A stretch of 19,246 nucleotides of DNA, from NCBI GenBank assembly GCA_003559395.1, contig PWLL01000094.1:1-19246 (forward strand), in the 5' to 3' direction. Positions 13,043-19,246 of the stretch are shown in pieces. This DNA is from Candidatus Iainarchaeum sp. Lineage in GTDB: Archaea; Iainarchaeota; Iainarchaeia; Iainarchaeales; CSSED10-239. Position 1 is the stretch's first letter, and each line of letters starts with the position of its first letter. The notes below the pieces were generated by a model. It worked only from the letters and a program-made list of their open reading frames with translations, searched no databases and was not told the origin of the DNA. A program made the position numbers and the translations under genes.

Positions 13043-16000
13043 ATGATAAATATGAAAAAAATAAATAATTTTTTAAAAATAAATTTTATAATAGTTTTAA
13101 TACTTATTTTTTTTGCAAATAATGTTTTTGCAATAGATACAGAACTTAACGAAAACCATTTCTTTTTTTGTAACGAACAAGAACTTTGTGATAACCTCTT
13201 TGAACCAAATGAAATCATATATTTAGAAACTACTTATCCTGAATTTAGATATGATATTGAAATATATAAAAATGATGTTATTTATGAAACATATAATAAT
13301 ATACAACTGCCAATGACTATAGACCTTTCAAGTGGACTATATGTATTTAATATTAATTATGAAGACAATACTTTTATAAAAAACCTAGTGATAGGAACAT
13401 CAATAGAAGACAATGATATCTATGATGAGGACAGAACAACCGTTGATCCTTTAAAAGAAGAAAAAAGAAATAATTTGTTTTATATTGTCTTGTTTGTAAT
13501 TGTGATATTGTTAATTGTTATTTTACTTAAAACAAAGAAAAAAAGCAAACCAAAGCCAGTTAAAAAAACAAAAAACCGTCGTAAAAATAGAAGATATATG
13601 AAATGTTTGTTTGTTTTTATTTTTCTTTTTATGTTGAGTTGTAGTGTTTTTGCATTTGATTTGTTAGAAGATTTAGAAATAAACAGATCAGATTTAGAAG
13701 AACTTTATCCATATCCCGAAGAAGTTTCTTTAACAATTATTCCTAATAATAAACATTATGAAATATATGTTCCGATTGTTAGTTATGACAATTTGTTAGG
13801 GGATATATTAAATGATAGAATTAAAATTTTAAATGAAAATAAAGAAGAAATTACTTCTGAAAAAATAAAAATAGACGCTTCACATGTGTTGTTAGCAGAT
13901 AAAGATGAACTTAAAATTTGGTCTGCTAGACATCCTTTGAGATCTGAACCCATGATGCGCAATTTTCCTTCGACAACTCCTTTTATTGTTGGTTCTTATG
14001 TTCGTTTAAATAATTATTATGATCAATATCCAATAAATGAAAACAAAAATTCATTGATTAGAAGAACAAGAAAAAATTTAGAATTGTTTTTTGGAAGAGA
14101 TCTAATTACTAGCTTAATTAGAGAAGACTTGTTAGTGCCTATGCCATATCTATTAACAATTATTGTTGAAAATCAACAATATAATACACAGAATTTTGAA
14201 GAAAAAGAAGAAGTATATTATTTAGACTTTTCAAACGCAACAGTTTTTCCTGCAGGAACACTAGAAGATATAAAAATAAATTTAAAATATGAAGATAAAA
14301 CAATTGATTATATAAAAACAGATGATGAATATAATGTCGTTCAATCAATGATTAAAGAATATGGTTGGAAAAATCAAAAAACAACAATTGCAGATCTTTC
14401 TAGTTTTAATTATAGAGACTTATTTAAATATAAAAACCATTTTAATAATAATCAAATAATCTTTACTAAATTTGATCTGGTAAATGATAAAACATTTGAT
14501 TTGTTTTTTAAGGATATAGAAATAAAAGATATTTTGGTTGCTCCGGATTTTCTTAAGGGACCAAAATATCATAAAGAACAAGGTTTACAAGAAATATTTG
14601 TATTAACAAAACCAATTACAGAAGACGAAACACAAGAACGTTATTTGTTAGTAGACGTATTTCATAATTATGAAGAAAAAGTAACCATTTCTGAAAGTCT
14701 AACAAATAAAAATAATACAGATTCTGGTCGCTGGTATAACCTTATAGACAATCATATTAACTTAAATGACCTCGATGAATTTAGAGATTATTCTTTTCCC
14801 AATTTAAGTGTTGCATTTAATTTAGAAGAGAACAGAATAAGTGTTTATTTTGAGCCTTTTAAAGGGCAGAATCAGATAACTCCCACGTTTATTTCTTTGC
14901 CTTTAAAGGTGGAAAATAAAGACGGAAGAAAAGTTAATGGCCGTTTTTTGTTTAGAATTAATGATCAAGAAGAACTAGATGTGTATTTTTATATAGAACG
15001 TTTAGAAGTTGTAAAAAGAATTAGTCAAAATGAATTTCATTTATTAAATATGAATTTGGATTTAGAAAACTCAAACTATTATTTATCAATTTTAAACAAT
15101 ACTGAAGAAAGAATTATAGAAAACAATTTAACCTTACCAACAAACGAATCATATCTAGAAACAATAAATAACTTTAATTTTGTATATAGTAACTACGAAG
15201 ATGAAAAAGATAAAAAACTAATAGACTTTACTGTTGCAAAACTACTTACAGAAGAAGAAAATACAGAAACAATAAATCTTTCTTTATTTAAACCGTATAT
15301 GGTTATAGGAGAAGACAACTATACAGAAAGATTAGAACAATTAATTGAAGAAAAATATAATCTATTAAAAGAAATTGAATATATAAAAAAACTAGGACTA
15401 ACTGATGTTGATTTTATAACAGAAGATTTTGATATTGATAAAAAAAGACTTGAACTAATAAGAAAAGGAAGACTAGGTCAAATTTGTGACCCAAGCGAAA
15501 AAATTTCAGGAACAAACGAATACTTGTTTAATATAAGACCAGAAAATGAAATAGAAACATCAGTCTATGCATGTGCAGGAAATGCAAATTTTAATAATAC
15601 TTGGATTGATTCTTATAAATATTGTTATAAAGAAGGTAACTTGTGGAAATGGTCTAGCTTTGTAAAATGGAACGACGCTTCATTAACACATCCAGTAAGA
15701 AAAGAATGTGCACCAATTGATAAAAGAAGAGCAGAAATTGCAAAAACAGCAACAACAGACGACCCCTGTAATCCAGAAAAAATGATGTTTGATTATGCAA
15801 CAAGACAAGAATTGTCTTTGTTTAATATAAAACACACAGACAAAGACTCATATGTATATGTTTGTACAGGAGATGGAAGAGCAAGAGTATGTGATGTTAA
15901 AGAACAAAAATGGTTGCCAATATTTGACCCAAAAAACACACGTGATCCAGAACATCCTGTTAGAGGATGTATTATAGAACCAGTAGAAGAGCCAGAAGAG

Positions 16001-17461
16001 CCAGTAAAAGAAATAGAATGTGTGTCTGGTGGAGAAGGAACACTACCAGACCCTATCATTGTTTGTACACCAGAAGATTTAGATAATGTGAGAAATGATT
16101 TAAAGAAATTTTATAGACAAGGACAAGATATAGACTTGAGAGATTATGACTTTAAACCTATTGGAGAAAGTAAAATGATTTCTGATTCAGAACGTGATGT
16201 TGATGTGCCAGTCGTTAACTCTTTTGAAGGTCTTTATGATGGAGGAAACTACACAATCTCTAATCTAGTAATTGAAGTTGAAGATCAAAGTAATGTTGGT
16301 TTGTTTGGTCTATCAAAAGGAATTATAAGAAACGTTAACATTGATAATTTTAGAATTGAAAGTAAGAAAACAGGAGACGCACATGTATCTTCTACAGGAA
16401 TCTTGCTAGGAGAAAATTTAGAAAGAGGCAATATTTATAACACAACTATAAAAAACAGCACTGTTAGAGGATATTCTTCCGTAGGCGCTATAGGTCGTAA
16501 TAAAGGAACAATATTAAATTCAAAAATAATTACAGAAGACGGAACAAATACAGTTGTTTTTGGAAACCAAAATGTAGGTGGTTTAGTTGGATATAATGAA
16601 AAAACGGGAAACATAAAGGATTGTTCAAGTGAAAATATTTGGGTTAGAATTAATACAAATAATCCTGTAAATAGTTTTTATTTTGGAGGGCTTGTAGGAA
16701 CAAATGAATATGGTAAAATTACCTCCAGTAAAGTAGAAAACTTAAGAATTAGAAGTGAAGAAGCAAACATCGTTGGTGGATTTGTTGGAAGAAATTATGG
16801 AGAATATAATGACCACATATCAGAAAGTAATGTGAAAAATACATTTGTTGTAGGTGAAAAGCATGTTGGTGGTTTTGTAGGTGTGAGTTCTGGTGAGGCA
16901 AAAGAATATGTTATAGGACAAACAGCAGATATTAGTCAAAGTTTTGTAGAAAATGTTGAAGTTAAAGGCGAAGAAAATGTTGGTGGATTTGTTGGGTTAA
17001 ATAGAGATTCGTTTATACATTCTTCCTATGGAATTAATATAGATGTAAACGGACATCAAAATATAGGCGGATTTGTAGGCTCAAATTCAGGAACACAATC
17101 AGAAGATCCATCAGTAATTGTTGATAGTTTTGTTAAAGAAGTAAATGTAGTTGGAGAAGGAAATAATGTTGGGGGATTTGCAGGACTAAATCTATATATA
17201 ATTTATAATAGTTATGTTACAGGGGATGTGAAAGGAAATGATTATGTTGGTTGTTTTATAGGAAATAATTTTTATGAAGGTGAATTTAAATATTATGATG
17301 AAAACTTAATTTCAAAGATTAATGTTACTTATTTTAGTAATGGAAATAATCGTGGATTTATGGGTAGTACCTGGCCTTCAAATTTTGCAACATATCATCA
17401 AGAAAATTTGTTTAATACGGTGATCGAGAATAATGGTTGTAGACTTAAATTAAATAAATAA
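13043..17461 (+). CDS. Giant surface protein (1472 aa). Domain order: signal peptide, small ectodomain, TM-basic loop-TM hairpin, approximately 630-aa orphan region, two 4-Cys modules, C-terminal GLUG-repeat beta-helix.
   Basis: The signal-like N-terminus is 'KKINNFLKINFIIVLILIFFANNVFA'. TM 'LFYIVLFVIVILLIVILL' is followed by the basic loop 'KTKKKSKPKPVKKTKNRRKNRRYMK' and a second hydrophobic segment 'CLFVFIFLFMLSCSVFA'. From nt ~16028 the GLUG-domain entry consensus appears: 'GGEGTLPDPIIVCTPEDLDNV...DIDL...KPIG...FEGLYDGGNYTISNLVI...NVGLFG'. About 11 '(N)VGGFVG-x-N' repeats follow. Confidence 0.9.
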   Translation: MINMKKINNFLKINFIIVLILIFFANNVFAIDTELNENHFFFCNEQELCDNLFEPNEIIYLETTYPEFRYDIEIYKNDVIYETYNNIQLPMTIDLSSGLYVFNINYEDNTFIKNLVIGTSIEDNDIYDEDRTTVDPLKEEKRNNLFYIVLFVIVILLIVILLKTKKKSKPKPVKKTKNRRKNRRYMKCLFVFIFLFMLSCSVFAFDLLEDLEINRSDLEELYPYPEEVSLTIIPNNKHYEIYVPIVSYDNLLGDILNDRIKILNENKEEITSEKIKIDASHVLLADKDELKIWSARHPLRSEPMMRNFPSTTPFIVGSYVRLNNYYDQYPINENKNSLIRRTRKNLELFFGRDLITSLIREDLLVPMPYLLTIIVENQQYNTQNFEEKEEVYYLDFSNATVFPAGTLEDIKINLKYEDKTIDYIKTDDEYNVVQSMIKEYGWKNQKTTIADLSSFNYRDLFKYKNHFNNNQIIFTKFDLVNDKTFDLFFKDIEIKDILVAPDFLKGPKYHKEQGLQEIFVLTKPITEDETQERYLLVDVFHNYEEKVTISESLTNKNNTDSGRWYNLIDNHINLNDLDEFRDYSFPNLSVAFNLEENRISVYFEPFKGQNQITPTFISLPLKVENKDGRKVNGRFLFRINDQEELDVYFYIERLEVVKRISQNEFHLLNMNLDLENSNYYLSILNNTEERIIENNLTLPTNESYLETINNFNFVYSNYEDEKDKKLIDFTVAKLLTEEENTETINLSLFKPYMVIGEDNYTERLEQLIEEKYNLLKEIEYIKKLGLTDVDFITEDFDIDKKRLELIRKGRLGQICDPSEKISGTNEYLFNIRPENEIETSVYACAGNANFNNTWIDSYKYCYKEGNLWKWSSFVKWNDASLTHPVRKECAPIDKRRAEIAKTATTDDPCNPEKMMFDYATRQELSLFNIKHTDKDSYVYVCTGDGRARVCDVKEQKWLPIFDPKNTRDPEHPVRGCIIEPVEEPEEPVKEIECVSGGEGTLPDPIIVCTPEDLDNVRNDLKKFYRQGQDIDLRDYDFKPIGESKMISDSERDVDVPVVNSFEGLYDGGNYTISNLVIEVEDQSNVGLFGLSKGIIRNVNIDNFRIESKKTGDAHVSSTGILLGENLERGNIYNTTIKNSTVRGYSSVGAIGRNKGTILNSKIITEDGTNTVVFGNQNVGGLVGYNEKTGNIKDCSSENIWVRINTNNPVNSFYFGGLVGTNEYGKITSSKVENLRIRSEEANIVGGFVGRNYGEYNDHISESNVKNTFVVGEKHVGGFVGVSSGEAKEYVIGQTADISQSFVENVEVKGEENVGGFVGLNRDSFIHSSYGINIDVNGHQNIGGFVGSNSGTQSEDPSVIVDSFVKEVNVVGEGNNVGGFAGLNLYIIYNSYVTGDVKGNDYVGCFIGNNFYEGEFKYYDENLISKINVTYFSNGNNRGFMGSTWPSNFATYHQENLFNTVIENNGCRLKLNK
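15485..15970 (+). repeat. Two tandem ~75-70-aa four-cysteine modules (protein-level repeat) inside the giant surface protein
   Basis: Module 1 is C815...C889: 'CDPSEK..LFNIRPENEIETSVYACAG...YCYKEGNLWKW...THPVRKEC'. Module 2 is C909...C976: 'CNPEKM..LFNIKHTDKDSYVYVCTG..RVCDVKEQKWL...EHPVRGC'. The Cys, LFNI, VY-x-C-x-G, KW and HPVR-x-(x)-C positions align. Confidence 0.75.
16292..17269 (+). repeat. About 11 GLUG-type beta-helix repeats with a ~28-38-aa period, also visible as recurring 'gttggtggatttgt(t/a)gg' in the DNA
   Basis: The repeats begin NVGLFGLSKG, STGILLGEN, SVGAIGRNKG, NVGGLVGYNEKTG, YFGGLVGTNEYG, IVGGFVGRNYG, HVGGFVGVSSG, NVGGFVGLNRD, NIGGFVGSNSG, NVGGFAGLNL and YVGCFIGNNF. Each is followed by an alternating hydrophobic 'I-x-N/S-S/C-x-V-x-N' strand. 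Confidence 0.85.
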
Positions 17462-17486
17462 AATAATATTTAAAATGTGAAAGAAT

Positions 17487-19013
17487 ATGATAAAAAATAG
17501 AAAAAATATAAAGGTTTTTTTAATAATTGTGTTTTTTTGTTTAATACTAACAAATGTATTTGCAGAAAATACAGAATATATTAAACAATTAGAAGAAAGG
17601 ATTCAAGAAATAGATACAGAAATATATAGAATATTACAAATATCCGATAGTTTAGTGATTGAACTAATATCATATGATAATGAAAAACAAATAATTAATT
17701 TAAATATAAATGATGTTTCCTTTGAATATGATTTTTATAACAACATTTTAACAAGTGATAAATTTACTGAAGATGAAATTAAAAGAATAATAAAAATAGA
17801 TGAAGACTCTTTTGAAGCACTAGAATTAGAAGCAAAATTGTTTTATGAAGAAGAAAAAGAAGAAAAAACCCTAAAAGATACTGTAAATTTTATCGATATT
17901 ATAAATCCAGAAAAATCTTATATTATTTCTGAACAATATAAAGATGCTGAAAAATACGATTCTTTTTTTGAGTATTTTAATTATTTTTTATCATCAAATG
18001 ATGATAGAGAAGAAAAAATACAAACCTATTTTAAACAATTTTATAATAATTTAGAAAAACAAAAAAAATTAGAAGAATTTAGGAGAATGACCGAAGGACA
18101 TTTGACAAATATTTTTGACGGACGCTATGAAGATGATTTTGTTGTTTGTGAATATGAAATTGAAGATGTGATAAGAACAGATATTAGATTTGATTCTGAA
18201 AATAAAAACCAGAGAGTTGATTTTGAGCCCGGTTATACAAATAGATATCTTTATTTTAATAAAAAATTATATCCTACAAATAACCCAACAGACGTCAATG
18301 GTTATATTATTGAAATACACGACAATGATTATTTTATCTATTCCTTTTTTTCAAAGGAAAATAATCAATTAAGATATAATGTTTATTTAAAGAAAATATT
18401 AAATAAAGATAACTCTAATATAGAACCAAATAAAACTTACAAATATTCAGATGTTTCATTTGCACCTCAAAATGAAGAAAAAACAAATCAGATTTCTTTT
18501 TTTGTAGATATTAAATATTTAGAAAATGAGTTAAGAAAAGAAGATAGTAAAGATATTGTTGATATACTAAATTCTAGCAAAAATCAAGAGGTAATTTTAG
18601 TAGCAGAGATTACTTTGCCAAATTTATCTTTTGATTGTAATTACAATTTGTTTTATTTTGACCAAGAAAAAGAAATAACAATAGATGATGAACAAAAAAC
18701 AATTGATGATACAGAACATTATTCAGAAATTTCTTTAAAAAATAATTTTTTATTTAGTAACAATGTTTTACAAACAGAGGTTGATTTTGATAATAGATAC
18801 CAAAAATTAGAATTCTCTTTTTTTAATATGCATATTCAAGAAGAAGATAATCAAAAATACGGTTTGAGTTTTTGGAACACATTTAAGAAAAACATTACGT
18901 TTGATTTAACATATTCAGATTTATTTACTGCGACAAGTAAAATAGATAAAAAAATATTAGAAGAAAAAACAGATTCTCCTGTAGTAGGTTCCAAAGTTTC
19001 TGTAGATCCTTAA
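17487..19013 (+). CDS. Secreted orphan protein (508 aa), rich in Glu/Lys/Asn/Phe/Tyr
   Basis: The signal-peptide-like N-terminus is 'MIKNRKNIKVFLIIVFFCLILTNVFA|ENTEY'. There is no further hydrophobic segment and I recognise no domain. It starts 25 nt after the giant surface-protein gene on the same strand. Confidence 0.75.
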   Translation: MIKNRKNIKVFLIIVFFCLILTNVFAENTEYIKQLEERIQEIDTEIYRILQISDSLVIELISYDNEKQIINLNINDVSFEYDFYNNILTSDKFTEDEIKRIIKIDEDSFEALELEAKLFYEEEKEEKTLKDTVNFIDIINPEKSYIISEQYKDAEKYDSFFEYFNYFLSSNDDREEKIQTYFKQFYNNLEKQKKLEEFRRMTEGHLTNIFDGRYEDDFVVCEYEIEDVIRTDIRFDSENKNQRVDFEPGYTNRYLYFNKKLYPTNNPTDVNGYIIEIHDNDYFIYSFFSKENNQLRYNVYLKKILNKDNSNIEPNKTYKYSDVSFAPQNEEKTNQISFFVDIKYLENELRKEDSKDIVDILNSSKNQEVILVAEITLPNLSFDCNYNLFYFDQEKEITIDDEQKTIDDTEHYSEISLKNNFLFSNNVLQTEVDFDNRYQKLEFSFFNMHIQEEDNQKYGLSFWNTFKKNITFDLTYSDLFTATSKIDKKILEEKTDSPVVGSKVSVDP

Positions 19014-19095
19014 GAATCTTAAATAGAAGACGTTGAAGAAGAAAATAACCTTACTTAAGAGAGGATGTACAAGAAAGCTTACCAAGATAAGAATC

Positions 19096-19125
19096 TCTTT
19101 CTTTTCTTTTTTTGTAATTTTTTTA
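19096..19125 (+). terminator. T-rich terminator region after the secreted-protein gene
   Basis: 'CTTTCTTTTCTTTTTTTGTAATTTTTTT' contains several oligo-T runs, including a T7, about 85 nt after the stop. Confidence 0.4.
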
Positions 19126-19160
19126 ATTATATTATTTTATATATCTTTTGTTACTATATA

Positions 19161-19170
19161 TTATATATAA
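19161..19170 (+). promoter_or_regulatory. Putative TATA box for the gene starting at 19187
   Basis: 'TTATATATAA' is centred about 22 nt upstream of the ATG. That spacing implies a leaderless or very short-leader mRNA, which is common in archaea. Confidence 0.4.
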
Positions 19171-19186
19171 ACAAAAAGTGAAAACC

Positions 19187-19246
19187 ATGACAAAAGAAAA
19201 TAAAAAATTTGATTATGATACAGAAAAAGATGTGAAAAAATATTGG
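19187..19246 (+). CDS. 3'-truncated CDS (first 20 codons); N-terminus resembles class I aminoacyl-tRNA synthetases (Val/Leu/Ile type)
   Basis: 'MTKENKKFDYDTEKDVKKYW' resembles the 'YD-x-x-x-[IV]E-x-K-W-x-x-x-W' opening of ValRS/LeuRS/IleRS. Only 20 residues are available. Confidence 0.3.
   Translation, partial: MTKENKKFDYDTEKDVKKYW

Noticed and set aside
8403-18372. Other minor ORFs from the track: 8403..8636(-), 9714..10148(-), 10306..10488(+), 10963..11157(-), 11194..11520(-), 13036..13218(-), 14160..14348(-), 15793..16059(-) and 18190..18372(+). The ORF at 244..435(-) belongs to the same class.
   Set aside because: All are nested within longer, better-supported genes on the other strand or in another frame, and none has independent start signals or motifs.
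19011-19097. A 9-nt direct repeat, TAAGAATCT, at 19011 and 19089 flanking the region after the secreted-protein gene
   Set aside because: The repeat is short and AT-rich, has a single pair of copies, and shows no associated structure or coding signal, so it is compatible with chance.
19065-19172. A 35-aa ORF, 'MYKKAYQDKNLFLFFFCNFFNYIILYISFVTIYYI', that looks like a TM peptide just downstream of (and in frame with) the secreted-protein gene. I considered a read-through C-terminal anchor.
   Set aside because: Three in-frame stops (19011-19013, 19020-19022 and 19056-19058) separate it from the upstream ORF. The 'hydrophobic' residues come from translating oligo-T terminator and TATA-box sequence (TTT=F, ATT=I, TAT=Y). 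The GAGAGG abuts the ATG with no spacer.
1-19246. I looked for CRISPR arrays, a diversity-generating retroelement (TR/VR pair near the adhesin C-terminus), C/D-box sRNAs in intergenic spacers, and alternative genetic-code signals.
   Set aside because: There are no regularly spaced direct repeats, no reverse transcriptase, and no long near-identical repeat pair. The only DNA-level periodicity is the in-frame GLUG repeat. No intergenic spacer combines RUGAUGA with CUGA boxes. Genes terminate normally at TAA, TAG and TGA.

Overview
This is a very AT-rich window (roughly 70% A+T by eye) with dense coding, and it looks archaeal. Archaeal markers are a group II chaperonin (thermosome), a tRNA-Gln with an A1:U72 acceptor stem, oligo-T terminators, TATA-box promoters with short or absent leaders, and a few GAGGTG-type ribosome-binding sites. 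Small genes, many orphan proteins and a tRNA-Ile(UAU) gene suggest a DPANN/Nanoarchaeota-like reduced genome; that placement is inference.

Supported content, in order:
- a 5'-truncated membrane-anchored Ig-like surface protein
- a degenerate geranylgeranyl-reductase-like Rossmann protein
- a conserved hypothetical of a family I recall mostly from viruses and bacteria
- tRNA-Gln(UUG) and tRNA-Ile(GAU)
- an RsmF/NSUN-type RNA m5C methyltransferase split into a catalytic ORF and a PUA-like ORF
- an operon of an acidic-tailed histone-fold protein, a small basic ORF and the thermosome
- a single-OB-fold SSB/RPA-like protein
- tRNA-Ile(UAU)
- an ABCB-type exporter
- a 4-TM protein with a repeated motif, tightly coupled to a CPA1 Na+(K+)/H+ antiporter
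- a 1472-aa surface protein with an N-terminal hairpin anchor, two tandem 4-Cys modules and a C-terminal GLUG-repeat beta-helix
- an orphan secreted 508-aa protein
- the first 20 codons of a probable class I aminoacyl-tRNA synthetase

I found no CRISPR array, rRNA, transposase, integrase or reverse transcriptase. The best candidate for something new is the surface/adhesion locus at 13043..19013. The AUA-decoding tRNA-Ile(UAU) and the atypical histone-fold gene ahead of the thermosome come next.
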